Source: a virus. From it: a DNA stretch of 63,228 bases. The stretch is taken from IMG/VR virus record IMGVR_UViG_3300020595_000002, positions 1 through 63,228 of that record. One strand, 5' to 3'. Below are positions 25,216-35,633 of this stretch, one piece after another. Each line of letters opens with the position of its first letter. The stretch's first letter is position 1. Under the pieces are notes generated by a model that worked only from the letters and a program-made list of their open reading frames with translations, was not told where the DNA came from and made no database searches. The position numbers were made by a program, and so were the translations under genes.

Positions 25216-26484
25216 ATGACCACATTACCTTTTGGCGATCCAGTAGCAATTAAGCGTCAGTCGCTTGGCCTGTTCGCCGCCACAATGAATCGACAGACTG
25301 CCCTCAATAAGATGGCAGGTTCTTTCCCTAAACAGTCTGATGCGGAATCTAAGCTCCGTATGCAGACCTCAGCAGATTATCCGCTCGTAAGGTGTAAAGA
25401 CCTTAGCCGCATGAGTGGCGATCAAATTACTTATGACTTTATCAGCCCTGTAAACGGTATTCCGTTTGTCGGCGGAGAGTACGCCGAAGGTCGAGGCGTA
25501 AAGATGAAGCTCACCAACGATTCTGCAAAGATTGACCAGATTCGTTTTCCCATTAACGCTGGCGATACCATGAGTCAGCAGCGAACCGTTCATACCCTGA
25601 GAAGCATTGCCCGTTCTCAAGGTCTTGGCTGGATGTCTCGGTTTAACGACCAGATGGCCTTTATTCATATGGCCGGTGCGCGTGGATCTCATATGAACGC
25701 TGAGTGGGCTGTACCTCTTGCCTCTCACAGCAAGTTTGCCAAGCTGGTGGTCAATTCCATTAAGGCACCTACCCTGAACCGTCATTATCTCGCCGCAGGT
25801 AACTATGTCGAGCAGATGAACGCCAGTGGTAACGATGTAGGTATTGCCACCACGGATGTATTCAACTTCAGCCTGATTGACCACATGAGCGCAATCCTGA
25901 ATGAAAGCGCAATGCCTATTGCACCTGTGAAGTTTGAAGGTGACTCCATGGCAGACGATGAGCCTTTGCGTGTCTGGTTCGTCTCTGAGTTGCAGTACAA
26001 CTCGCTTCTGCAGTCAACCAACTTCAGAACCTTCCAGGCCCAGGCGCTCACCAGAGCCAACGCAGCCAAGAAGTCAGACCTTTTTCGCGGTAACGTGGGA
26101 ATCTGGCGAAACTTCTTGATTGTGAAGATGCCGAAGCCTATTCGCTTTTACGCAGACGATGCAATCAACTGGTGTGCTTCCAAGACCAGTGAAACCGAAA
26201 CCACTACCGACCTCGTACCAGCCGGATTCTCAACCACTTACGCGGTTGACCGTTCCTTGATCGTTGGTGCCCAGGCGCTTATCGAAGTTCTTGGAAAGGC
26301 CAAGAATGGAAGTCAGCCGGTCTTTGTCTCTGAGAAGATGCTTGACCATGACGACAAAGAAGAAGTGTTGGTCGGAATCATCAACGGCTTTACCAAGCCG
26401 CGCTTTAAAGTTGACTTCGGTGACGATGGTGAGCAGTACACCGACCATGGCGTTGTTGCCGTTGATACAGCAGTCAAGCTGTAA
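25216..26484 (+). CDS. Major capsid protein (HK97-fold, N4-gp56-like type)
   Basis: The pattern DQITYDFISPVNGIPFVGGEYAEGRGVKM...IDQIRFPIN...MSQQR resembles the N4-gp56 capsid family. Start at ATG 25216 (SD GAGG). Confidence 0.75.
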   Translation: MTTLPFGDPVAIKRQSLGLFAATMNRQTALNKMAGSFPKQSDAESKLRMQTSADYPLVRCKDLSRMSGDQITYDFISPVNGIPFVGGEYAEGRGVKMKLTNDSAKIDQIRFPINAGDTMSQQRTVHTLRSIARSQGLGWMSRFNDQMAFIHMAGARGSHMNAEWAVPLASHSKFAKLVVNSIKAPTLNRHYLAAGNYVEQMNASGNDVGIATTDVFNFSLIDHMSAILNESAMPIAPVKFEGDSMADDEPLRVWFVSELQYNSLLQSTNFRTFQAQALTRANAAKKSDLFRGNVGIWRNFLIVKMPKPIRFYADDAINWCASKTSETETTTDLVPAGFSTTYAVDRSLIVGAQALIEVLGKAKNGSQPVFVSEKMLDHDDKEEVLVGIINGFTKPRFKVDFGDDGEQYTDHGVVAVDTAVKL

Positions 26485-26566
26485 TCCTGGCAAGCAAGTA
26501 AGCCTTTAAATTATTAACCTTACCGGCTGTCTGTCATGGATAGCCGGTACTACAGGAGTAACTATC

Positions 26567-27055
26567 ATGGCAACTGTAAACTTAGATAATGTTAAGAACC
26601 TGCCAAATCCAGCATACGGCGGCACCGCTCCTTATGGGAACCTCAGTGCTAAACCGTATCAGTTTAAGACCAATACATCCGGCGTAGTTGCAGGCAGCGA
26701 CCAGGCCACGGCAATTGCTGAAGCTGATGTTGTCCGTCTTGGCGTACTACCGGCAGGAATGAAGCTCATCGACATGATAGCTGTAATCAGTGACGCGTTC
26801 ACTGCTGCAACTGTCTTTGACCTTGGCTTCCAGTATGTTGACGGTGTTGATGTCACCGCCGTTCCCCAGGACGATGATTATTTCGCAGATGGTGTTTCTT
26901 CTGCCTCTGCAGCGACCTTGAGGAAAGCAACCACTACAAAACCCGTAACCCTCCCCAAAGACGCATATCTCATTCTGACCAATAAGACCGGAGCTGATCA
27001 CGCTTCCGCAGGACAGATGGATATCAATATCATTGGTGAGATTACCGGAGTGTAA
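26567..27055 (+). CDS. Putative capsid decoration/cement protein
   Basis: 162 aa directly after the capsid gene and followed by a strong hairpin. Confidence 0.4.
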   Translation: MATVNLDNVKNLPNPAYGGTAPYGNLSAKPYQFKTNTSGVVAGSDQATAIAEADVVRLGVLPAGMKLIDMIAVISDAFTAATVFDLGFQYVDGVDVTAVPQDDDYFADGVSSASAATLRKATTTKPVTLPKDAYLILTNKTGADHASAGQMDINIIGEITGV

Positions 27056-27076
27056 ACCGGAGTGTAACCACTACCA

Positions 27077-27112
27077 GGAAAGCCCTTATCGATAAGGGCT
27101 TTCCGTTTACTT
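27077..27112 (+). terminator. Hairpin terminator after the capsid genes
   Basis: 12-bp stem GGAAAGCCCTTA/TAAGGGCTTTCC, loop TCGA, then GTTTACTT. Confidence 0.55.
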
Positions 27113-27121
27113 GAGGACACA

Positions 27122-27946
27122 ATGAAAGCACAACTAAAGAAAAAAATACTCTCAGTGATCACTAAAACCCTGGACGCTCACGCCAGCAGCCCGGAGATTG
27201 ACCGGCTTCTTGCTGATTCAGTTGAAAAGGTACTTGATGCTGAAAAGCCGCCCATGACAGCCGTTCAGTATATCGGCAAGCGTGGGATATACAGCGACTC
27301 GCTTTATAACACTGGTATGTGGATAAAAGAGCAGATCAAACTTGTTGAGGTAAAGGTTGCTAATAAGATGCTCGATCATCCTGACGTGTATGTAAAAGCC
27401 GAAGCGAAAGACGATGAAGGGCTTGAAATTGCCACCGGAGAACAACCTGCAGGCGATTATGATGAAACTTTATATGAAGGTCGTCAGGCGGTAATGTCGA
27501 TGCAAAGCGAGGAAGATATCAGATCTTTTGTAGCTAGTAACTTTACCGGCGCAAAACTTGAACTTCCAAAAGATGCTGGTATCGATGAAATGCGCCTTGA
27601 AGCCATTCGCATGATCGATATGTATCATCTTCCCGAAACGGCAAAGGAAGAGAAAAGCCCTGTTGACGATGAAACACTGACCGTTATTGAGGGTGAACCG
27701 GAAAAAGATGTTTCCGGCAGTGAAGTTGAAAAAACTGAGACTGAACCGCAACCGGAACCCGTTGAAACACCAGTAGACCTTGAAGCGATTAGTAACTCCA
27801 TCAACGAAATGAAGAAAAAGCAGGACGTTGTAGATTTCGTAGAAAAGGCTACCAACGGAGAGGTTTGTCTTGAGATGAAGGCCAACGACACTCTTCCGAT
27901 GTACAAGGAAGCAGCAATCAAGGTGTTCACTCTTCCAAAGGAATAA
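27122..27946 (+). CDS. Virion-module protein, acidic, unassigned
   Basis: 274-aa ORF in the late operon. Confidence 0.5.
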   Translation: MKAQLKKKILSVITKTLDAHASSPEIDRLLADSVEKVLDAEKPPMTAVQYIGKRGIYSDSLYNTGMWIKEQIKLVEVKVANKMLDHPDVYVKAEAKDDEGLEIATGEQPAGDYDETLYEGRQAVMSMQSEEDIRSFVASNFTGAKLELPKDAGIDEMRLEAIRMIDMYHLPETAKEEKSPVDDETLTVIEGEPEKDVSGSEVEKTETEPQPEPVETPVDLEAISNSINEMKKKQDVVDFVEKATNGEVCLEMKANDTLPMYKEAAIKVFTLPKE

Positions 27947-27949
27947 GCC

Positions 27950-28630
27950 ATGGACACTACCGAGCTTATAGCGAAGTACAGGCAGGAGTCAGATGACAGC
28001 ACATCTCCGTATCTCTTTGACGATGCCGCTATTCTGATTCTTTTTAACGAGGCAATCCACGAAGCCTGTACCCGTAAAGACCTGCTCTTTGACTCCACGA
28101 CAACGGCAGTATGCCAGGTTGATGTGGTTGAAGACACCCGGACGTATGACGTGCATGAGTCAATTACCCGCATTACCAAGGCGTATTTGATTGATTCTGC
28201 AGGTAATTATATCTATCTGGACATCAAAGACCGTGAAGAACTTGACCGGATTGATCCTACTTGGCGCGAGAACGAGGGAGAACCGGAAGTCCTTATCTTC
28301 GATGAAACCAGTATCACCTTCAACAAAACTCCAGAAGCAGATTATACGCTCAAACTTGAAGTGTACCGGACCCCACTCTCAACGGAAGATCTCACCTTAG
28401 TTGATGCCGACCCCGAAGTATTGACCCCGGCAATTGCAACCGCTCATCACAGGTACTTACACCACTATCCATTAATGGTTGTCTATAACTCGGACGAACC
28501 AGAACTCTACGCTCCGCAAAAAGCCAAGAACCATGAAGACAAGTTTAATAGGTATTTTGGTCTTCCGCCCGATGCAGACAGAAAAAGAAAGTCTCAGGAA
28601 AACAGACCACACCGCAATAAACTTTGGTGA
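27950..28630 (+). CDS. Putative head-tail adaptor
   Basis: N-terminal YLFDDAAILILFNEAIHEA resembles connector/adaptor families. Position after the head genes. Confidence 0.35.
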   Translation: MDTTELIAKYRQESDDSTSPYLFDDAAILILFNEAIHEACTRKDLLFDSTTTAVCQVDVVEDTRTYDVHESITRITKAYLIDSAGNYIYLDIKDREELDRIDPTWRENEGEPEVLIFDETSITFNKTPEADYTLKLEVYRTPLSTEDLTLVDADPEVLTPAIATAHHRYLHHYPLMVVYNSDEPELYAPQKAKNHEDKFNRYFGLPPDADRKRKSQENRPHRNKLW

Positions 28631-28633
28631 TTT

Positions 28634-29551
28634 ATGGAAAGAACAATACTCAAAGGAGCGACAGGGCTCAACAATAAGGTAAGTGCAGAGCGCCTTAGTT
28701 ACGACCAGAGAACAGGCATTACCGAGCTTGCCGCAGCTGTAAACGTTGATATCGATGATTCATATGCCATTTCAAGACGGCTTGGAATAACACAGTTGAG
28801 TGACAAGGTTTACCATTCTCTTTTCTGTGATGGCGGAGATTGCTTTATAGTTGAAGATCGTACCGACGATGCAGCTATCATGAAAGTGGCAACAGATTAC
28901 AGCTTAACAGGTGTCCGGTCCTCACTCACTAAAGGCGCAAGAATTTCTTTCTGGCAGGTTGGTGATAAAACCTTTTACTCAAGCCTCTATCAAAACGGGG
29001 TAATCGAATCTGGCGTTTCTTCTCCCTGGCCTACGCAAGATCATGTTGGAGTTGATACAACACGAAATTTTTCAGCTGCTCCGCCTGGAAAACACATTGC
29101 CGTGTTCCTTGGCAGGATGTGGATAGTTGTTGGAAGTGTTATCTGGGTATCAGAACCATATGCCTTTGGTAAATTTGACGTGAGTAGGCGTTTTTTCCAG
29201 TTTGGAGACAACGTTGTTATGATCAAGCCGGTTGAAAATGGCGTGTGGGTTTCAACAAGCAGAGAAATAGGATTTATTGGAAGGGCTGAAACCTTTGAAG
29301 CAATGTCATATGTCAAGAAAGCTTCATTCCCTGCCCATGAATACAGCGCAAATATTGCTCTTATCGACCTCAGCAGTACAAACTTACAAATACCAGGACT
29401 CTCAGCTATCTGGTCAAGCGACCAAGGAATATGTATAGGCACAGAAAACGGACAGTTAGTTATTCCAACGGAACGAGATTTAATCTATTCAACAGGTTCT
29501 TCAGGAGCAACAGTAGTTAAGGATAAAGTTCTTATAAATACGGTTTATTAA
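28634..29551 (+). CDS. Virion structural protein, unassigned
   Basis: 305-aa ORF, tightly packed in the late operon. Confidence 0.5.
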   Translation: MERTILKGATGLNNKVSAERLSYDQRTGITELAAAVNVDIDDSYAISRRLGITQLSDKVYHSLFCDGGDCFIVEDRTDDAAIMKVATDYSLTGVRSSLTKGARISFWQVGDKTFYSSLYQNGVIESGVSSPWPTQDHVGVDTTRNFSAAPPGKHIAVFLGRMWIVVGSVIWVSEPYAFGKFDVSRRFFQFGDNVVMIKPVENGVWVSTSREIGFIGRAETFEAMSYVKKASFPAHEYSANIALIDLSSTNLQIPGLSAIWSSDQGICIGTENGQLVIPTERDLIYSTGSSGATVVKDKVLINTVY

Positions 29552-29636
29552 AACAACGGCAGAAGCCGCCAACAGCCTCCGCTATTTATAGCCGCAAGCT
29601 GCTCTGGAAGTTGATCACGCCATGAAGAAAAAATGG

Positions 29637-29666
29637 CCTCATTAACACAAACTCTAATGAGGTTTT
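29637..29666 (+). terminator. Hairpin with T4 whose 3' arm contains the SD of the next gene
   Basis: CCTCATTA/TAATGAGG 8-bp stem, then TTTT. The GAGG at 29659-29662 is the SD for ATG 29670. Confidence 0.4.
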
Positions 29667-29669
29667 GTC

Positions 29670-30143
29670 ATGGCAGAAAGATTATCCACTGGATTTGTCA
29701 ATGCGGTCAATCAAACCGGATCAGTTAAATCCATCATGCAGGATGGAGTTATTCGTATCTTTTCCGGTACTCAGCCAGCAAATGCTGATGCAGTTGAAAC
29801 CGGAACGCTCTTAATGGAGATAACGGTAGATGCCGGAGCATTCACCCCAGGTGTTGCCACGAATGGCTTAGAAATGGGTTCTTCTGCTGACGGTGTTCTT
29901 TCCAAGGCCGCAGCCGAAACCTGGAAAGGAGTAGGACTTGCCGCGGCCAGTACAGGGACCGTAGCCGGTTGGTTCAGGTGGTATGACAACAACAGGACTA
30001 CCGGAGCAAGCACTACGGCAGTTCGCCTTGACGGTGCCATTGGTGCAACCACTGCATATGAATTACAGATGAGCAATACGACCATCACTGAAGACGGTGA
30101 GAGTATTATCAACACCTTTACCTATACAACGCCTAAGAGCTAA
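29670..30143 (+). CDS. Virion structural protein, unassigned
   Basis: 157-aa ORF in the late operon. Confidence 0.5.
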   Translation: MAERLSTGFVNAVNQTGSVKSIMQDGVIRIFSGTQPANADAVETGTLLMEITVDAGAFTPGVATNGLEMGSSADGVLSKAAAETWKGVGLAAASTGTVAGWFRWYDNNRTTGASTTAVRLDGAIGATTAYELQMSNTTITEDGESIINTFTYTTPKS

Positions 30144-31675
30144 TGGCTGATTATTGGGATTCATCACGACTTCCTTCTGCAAGTCCGTATGGCACTTATT
30201 CTCTATCTGGGTCTGACAATAATGTTGCGACAAAAACAGATAACAACGGGCGTGACCAGCACTTAGAAGGTCTTTCAGGATATTCGGGGAACTTTAGGAA
30301 GTATTTTGAAATAAAGTTTACCAGAAATCCAACGTATAGATCATATCATGACTTTGTTATTGGGTTCTGTACAAAGAACGCTTCTCTTAGCAAAATGGTG
30401 GGAGATAGCAATGTCTATGTTGACTCAGAGAATCCAGACGGGTCAACAGGAAAAGGTATTCGTATCGCAAGTGCTGATTATTCTTATATCGTTTATGGAG
30501 AAGATGAAAGCACTGGAGTTGTTAATGATTTTCCAGTTGGTGACACCACCCCTGTAACAGTAGGGCTTTTGGTCGATGCAGGATTTACCACTGGAGGACA
30601 AGTAAAATGCTGGCTTGTTGTCGGTAGCACTATTTATGGTTCTAATGGCGCAACTGCAACACCAACAGAGGTAACGAATGGTTCAAACCACATATTGAGC
30701 TATTCTGGTTCACAATACCTTGAAGATTGGAATGCAGGCGGAGAGCTGCTATATCCTGCTGCAACACTATACGAGATAGGTGCAACTGCAGAATTGTTAC
30801 TTTCTCAACTAGATATTGAACTTCTTTCTTCGCTTCCTACTGGATTTACTACATGGACAGAGGTCCAGACAGGTGACGGTGACATAATTGCACCAACGAC
30901 CACCGGCAGACTTCACGGTGCCATGGTTGGAGTTACCGCAGCATCAGGTTTTATTAATCCACCATTATCAGAGATAGGTGGAGACGCAACGGTAACAATA
31001 CATTCTACTGCAGATGGTGACATTTCATCACCAACCACAAACGGCAGACTGTTTGGTATTATCTCCAACCCAATTATAGCAGATGGTGACATTAATCAGT
31101 CTCTTCCATCCTTCCATGGATCTATAGCTTCACTTGACAAAATGAGAGTAGTTGCCCCAGGCGCTGAAGTTTCTGGCACGTCCATGACAACCATTCAGTC
31201 ATGGGGAAGATATGGCGTTAGTAGTGGCAACATATCAGCGACAGGGACAGCCCAGAACTTTGCAAACGGTGCTATTCAGCCACCAATAATAAGCGTCACA
31301 GCAGTTGGAGCATGGGAGTCGAATTTTGATTCCTCTCTTCCTCAAGTGTCAGCGGCTGCCAGCAATCCAATTACATGCAGCGGAGCAGTTGCACAACCAA
31401 AAGTTGCGGTTGGTGGAACGGCAAAACTCAGGACAGTTATAAACGTAGATTACACAGTGAAGGGAATATCAGTTGAATCTTCTGGTGAAACAACTCAGGC
31501 AATGCACGTTGATATTAACCAAAGTGTCTCAGAAGTTTCGGGGCAAATGATTCAAAGAAATACCGCGAACGCTGACATTAATTGTCCAGCACCAGCTCTT
31601 TCTGGAGTTGCAGAAACAGTAAAAGATTACAGCGTGATTTCATACAACAAAAACAGATATTGCGCGGAGGTTTGA
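30143..31675 (+). CDS. Virion structural protein, unassigned (tail/fibre candidate)
   Basis: 510 aa. 1-nt overlap with the upstream gene. Internal GDG/ADGDI repeats. Confidence 0.5.
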   Translation: MADYWDSSRLPSASPYGTYSLSGSDNNVATKTDNNGRDQHLEGLSGYSGNFRKYFEIKFTRNPTYRSYHDFVIGFCTKNASLSKMVGDSNVYVDSENPDGSTGKGIRIASADYSYIVYGEDESTGVVNDFPVGDTTPVTVGLLVDAGFTTGGQVKCWLVVGSTIYGSNGATATPTEVTNGSNHILSYSGSQYLEDWNAGGELLYPAATLYEIGATAELLLSQLDIELLSSLPTGFTTWTEVQTGDGDIIAPTTTGRLHGAMVGVTAASGFINPPLSEIGGDATVTIHSTADGDISSPTTNGRLFGIISNPIIADGDINQSLPSFHGSIASLDKMRVVAPGAEVSGTSMTTIQSWGRYGVSSGNISATGTAQNFANGAIQPPIISVTAVGAWESNFDSSLPQVSAAASNPITCSGAVAQPKVAVGGTAKLRTVINVDYTVKGISVESSGETTQAMHVDINQSVSEVSGQMIQRNTANADINCPAPALSGVAETVKDYSVISYNKNRYCAEV

Positions 31676-31678
31676 GAT

Positions 31679-33097
31679 ATGGGCCTATATGTAGATAAAC
31701 CGGCAGTTGAGCCTTTCGAGTGGGGAGAGAACGAAAGATTTGGAACGGGTGTTGACTCCGGCTCACTTTCCTATGTCAGCGCTAAATACACGCAGTCACT
31801 TGAGCTGGCAAACAGCATGATAGAAAAGCTCGTTGGGGTAGATGGCAACAGCGGATATCTTGGAGCTCTTGACAGTATAATTACCAGTTACCCCGCTCCA
31901 AATGTATCAGTTGAAGGTGTCACCGTACCGGATCTTGATATACCAGTTGATAGTCGTCCGGCTGTCGATACTTCAGGGCTTGAAACTTCATTTCCTGTTT
32001 TCGCCGCAACTCCACCCTCACTGCAAACTTTACCAACTGTCGATCTTTCAAGTCTCAACCCTGCAGATATTCCAGCTGAGATAAGCGCGGCTATTTCATG
32101 GGTAGAAAGCGAACACGTTCTTTCTCTTTATACTCCGCTCTTTAATCGTCTCATAGCCGACCTACAATCCGGTGCAACTGGCCTTGACTCGACCGTTGAG
32201 CAAGAGATTTACGATAGAGCTCTTGCCAGGCAGGTTATTGAAGACGATAAAGCACAGCAGCAGGTAGAGGATTATTTTACTACAAGGGGTTTTCCTCTTC
32301 CGACCGGAGCAATGGCCGGAAGACTGCAAGAACAAACTAACGAGCAAGCAAGAAGAACACTGGAGATCAACGGTAAGATCATGATAGAGCAGGCGCAGCT
32401 TGCTCAGAATAACAGCCAGTTTGCAATTCAGATGGCAAACAACCTTGAAGCTGTTTTGCGTGACTTTACTTCCAGGAAGAACGATAGAAGCCTTGATTAT
32501 TCAAAGGCAGTCGCAGCCAACGCTATCAGCGTTTACAGCGAAAGCATCAGGGCATACATAGCCGCAGCAGAAGCAAATAAAATCTATGTTCAAACTCAGG
32601 TTGAGAACTTAAGGGCAATTGTTGAGTACAACAAAGGGCTTGTCGATTCATATTCAGCAGAAGCAGAAGCCTTTAACGCAGTTATTAATGCCAAGGCCAA
32701 GAAAAACGAAGCCCTTATCGGTGCCATAGAAGCCGAGATAAAAGGGTACGACTCAGAGACGAAAGCTATTGCTGAGAGCCAGAAGACCAAAGCAGCGGCC
32801 TATGCCTTGCGACTTCAAAACGCCGACATGCAATTAAGGGAATCAATTGCCAACGCTGAACAGTCAACAAATGGATATACCTCTGAATCCGCATTGCGTG
32901 AAAAAGTATCTGAGGCTATGGCAAACATTGCTATGCAGGCTGTAGCATCAGCTCTTGGTAGTGTTAATGCCAGTGCTGGTATTTCTAATAGTGCTAGCGA
33001 ATCAATTAGCGAGAGTTGGGGCCACTCTGAAAGCAGAAGTGTTGGGACCAGCCATAGCGGAAACATTAGCGAATCGCACAGTTATAGCGAGTCATGA
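31679..33097 (+). CDS. Virion structural protein, coiled-coil rich
   Basis: 472 aa. Ser-rich low-complexity C-terminus. Confidence 0.5.
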   Translation: MGLYVDKPAVEPFEWGENERFGTGVDSGSLSYVSAKYTQSLELANSMIEKLVGVDGNSGYLGALDSIITSYPAPNVSVEGVTVPDLDIPVDSRPAVDTSGLETSFPVFAATPPSLQTLPTVDLSSLNPADIPAEISAAISWVESEHVLSLYTPLFNRLIADLQSGATGLDSTVEQEIYDRALARQVIEDDKAQQQVEDYFTTRGFPLPTGAMAGRLQEQTNEQARRTLEINGKIMIEQAQLAQNNSQFAIQMANNLEAVLRDFTSRKNDRSLDYSKAVAANAISVYSESIRAYIAAAEANKIYVQTQVENLRAIVEYNKGLVDSYSAEAEAFNAVINAKAKKNEALIGAIEAEIKGYDSETKAIAESQKTKAAAYALRLQNADMQLRESIANAEQSTNGYTSESALREKVSEAMANIAMQAVASALGSVNASAGISNSASESISESWGHSESRSVGTSHSGNISESHSYSES

Positions 33098-33702
33098 TAC
33101 CAGTTAAAATAATAGTTGAGGGAAACCAAACAAGAGGCAGAGAGTTTATAGGTTTTGCCAAAGATCAAATGCGAATCCTTGAAAACCTGATGTCTTTCCA
33201 GGGGCTCAAGCAGAGCAAGAGAATTGTTAAGCCGTTTCCCGATATAGTGGTTGAATGTCAATCAATCTTTACTCAACAGGTAATTAAAATTTATGCACAA
33301 CCTGCTATTACAGAAGAAAAAGAAGAGCCTAAAAGAGAACGACTTGAGCGAAAGTGTTTATGTCTTCCACACTTTTCAGTTGGTATCGTTGTAAACGCTT
33401 TTCCAGAAACACCAACCGAGCTATGGCTTGAGGATGGCAGGTTTTACTACAACTTAGATATCTGTGCAGTTGATAAATACGTCAGGTTTGAAGGAGCATA
33501 TGACGCGAATTTTGGCAGGTACAGTGTAGGTCAAATAGTATTAGTAAGCATGTTTGATGAAATGGACTCCTGGACATCACCGCTTGATTGCAAGAAAGAT
33601 TGTTTGATTAATGGAACCAGGTTTGATGATCTTTGTATTGTTCCTCTTCACACTTCAGCAGAAATGAGAGTGTGGAAGGACTACGAGGTAGTTAATGGCT
33701 AA
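33094..33702 (+). CDS. Virion structural protein, unassigned
   Basis: 202 aa with a 4-nt overlap. Confidence 0.5.
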   Translation: MIPVKIIVEGNQTRGREFIGFAKDQMRILENLMSFQGLKQSKRIVKPFPDIVVECQSIFTQQVIKIYAQPAITEEKEEPKRERLERKCLCLPHFSVGIVVNAFPETPTELWLEDGRFYYNLDICAVDKYVRFEGAYDANFGRYSVGQIVLVSMFDEMDSWTSPLDCKKDCLINGTRFDDLCIVPLHTSAEMRVWKDYEVVNG

Positions 33703-35152
33703 CGATATAAGCATACCGGCTTTTTCCATTGATGGAGGAATATACAAGTACCTTGCCAGTGTCGGTTTTACCGAAGAGGCGTTGAGGTCGGTATGTGTAG
33801 TGAAAGCAATAGTTACAGCAGTTGACGATGTAAGTTCAAATACGGTAAGCATTGATATAGATGGCGATATTTACACCGATGTACCGGTGTGGATTCACAC
33901 CGATTGCGGATCACGTTCAAGGCTAATTGCTTCATCTGACGAAGTAAGCCCTTCTCTATACTTTGAAAATGCAGCTCTTCTTTTTCCAATGGCCGCAGGA
34001 AAGTATATAACTGAAATAGGAACAAGTCTTCTTGATTCACCAACAGGACACAATTCCAGAGATCCTGAAGTGCTGGTAATGATAACCAGTACAAATGAAA
34101 TCATTACACCTGTTGGGATTATAGGAATACTTGATAACGGAGTAACTGGAACAGGGTTTGACCGCACAGCAACCGCACACCAGACCTACAAACCGGTAAT
34201 GCTGATAAAAGAAAGACACGGTTCAACCGGAAGTGACTACAGATTCTCTATGTTTGACATGCTTTCAAATGATTGGCTACAGGTCAGTAATGAAGCTGGA
34301 ACAGCACTTGTTGAAGTCCTTGGCCTTTCTGCAACCGCAACTTACGATTTTATCACTGATGGCGGTTTTGAGCTTGAACCAGAACCATACACAATGACCT
34401 TTTATTGTCAGATAGGACCGATATCGGCAATTCCGTCAAATCCTTCAGTTGGTGATTATACCTATGCAGGTTCATGTACCTGCAACGGAGGCGTTCAAGT
34501 GGGTGATCCTGTATGGGAATGTATTCAGGCCGACTATTTAGTTTGCCCACCAGGACAAACAAGACTGCAAGAACAAACATGGATTCCGTTATGTGACGAA
34601 AATGCAGGTTACTACTATCAACAGCTAGAGGATAGCTGTGTCACCGGAACAGGTATTTATTATGAAATAAATGATGTTGCCTATATGAATGACTTTGGCT
34701 TTCCAGTACACGGCAAAAAAAAATATACATTCGACAATTTTCCAGTTGAGTTTGAACGAACGGTTTCAGCAGTATATGACGCTCAGGAAACAAACTACCT
34801 GCAAATTACAGTTGAGTCAGGAAGTGACAGCTATACCTTTGAATACAATGCAAGCAGTACGTTCCCAATAACAATGACAGCAGAAGAAATTATCTTCGAC
34901 AGTCACGGAAGCCTGCTTTTTTCTTTTTCATGTATTTATTTGATGTTCTCAACCGGAGAATCCCTTGGTGGTTTTCAGTTAGAAGGGAACGTTGCAGCGG
35001 GGTTAAGCTTCTCGAGCTTCACCACAAAATTGAAAGAACGGTATTCCGACCTTGTAACGGCAAACCCAAGCGGAGTTACTATAGAGATTGCTTCTTGTTT
35101 TCTGCCATATGACGTGAATTTAAGAAAAACCATTGCAGGGCTAGAGGTGTAG
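33695..35152 (+). CDS. Virion structural protein, unassigned
   Basis: 485 aa with an 8-nt overlap. Confidence 0.5.
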   Translation: MANDISIPAFSIDGGIYKYLASVGFTEEALRSVCVVKAIVTAVDDVSSNTVSIDIDGDIYTDVPVWIHTDCGSRSRLIASSDEVSPSLYFENAALLFPMAAGKYITEIGTSLLDSPTGHNSRDPEVLVMITSTNEIITPVGIIGILDNGVTGTGFDRTATAHQTYKPVMLIKERHGSTGSDYRFSMFDMLSNDWLQVSNEAGTALVEVLGLSATATYDFITDGGFELEPEPYTMTFYCQIGPISAIPSNPSVGDYTYAGSCTCNGGVQVGDPVWECIQADYLVCPPGQTRLQEQTWIPLCDENAGYYYQQLEDSCVTGTGIYYEINDVAYMNDFGFPVHGKKKYTFDNFPVEFERTVSAVYDAQETNYLQITVESGSDSYTFEYNASSTFPITMTAEEIIFDSHGSLLFSFSCIYLMFSTGESLGGFQLEGNVAAGLSFSSFTTKLKERYSDLVTANPSGVTIEIASCFLPYDVNLRKTIAGLEV

Positions 35153-35155
35153 ATC

Positions 35156-35620
35156 ATGCAAACTGTGCGAATAAATTTAAATGTAAATGCCCTAAGCCAA
35201 TATACAAACCACAACTTCAACTCAATGTGTGTGTTCAATGGCGTGATTCTTGGGGCTGGAGATACCGGACTCTTTAACCTCTGTTGTGGTGACAGTGACA
35301 ATGGTACTCAGATAGATGCGTATTTCACTCCGCATAAAACCGACTTTGGAACCGAAGGAGATAAGCGGATCAGGCGTATTTATTACAGTGCACTCTGTGA
35401 TGGAGCAATGACGGTTTCCATTACCGGAGATGATGAAACCACAATAGGCCCGTATCAGGTAACGGCTGATCTTACCAAAGGACAGCAACTTTTTCTTGCC
35501 AAGACAGGAAGGGGCTTAAAGTTCAATTACGCTTCTTTCACCTTTGCCAATGTTGACGGTTCATATTTTTCACTTGATTCAATAAAAGCACAAATCTTTG
35601 CCGATAGAGGCATAATTTAA
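35156..35620 (+). CDS. Virion structural protein, unassigned
   Basis: 154-aa ORF. Confidence 0.5.
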   Translation: MQTVRINLNVNALSQYTNHNFNSMCVFNGVILGAGDTGLFNLCCGDSDNGTQIDAYFTPHKTDFGTEGDKRIRRIYYSALCDGAMTVSITGDDETTIGPYQVTADLTKGQQLFLAKTGRGLKFNYASFTFANVDGSYFSLDSIKAQIFADRGII

Positions 35621-35633
35621 GCAGGAGAACATC

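Noticed and set aside
27625-28179. 184-aa minus-strand ORF spanning two late genes. Similar cases are 25369-25884, 29041-29442, 36240-36704 and 53798-54355.
   Set aside because: They are antisense to tightly packed late genes, Ser-rich or otherwise compositionally odd, and lack initiation signals.
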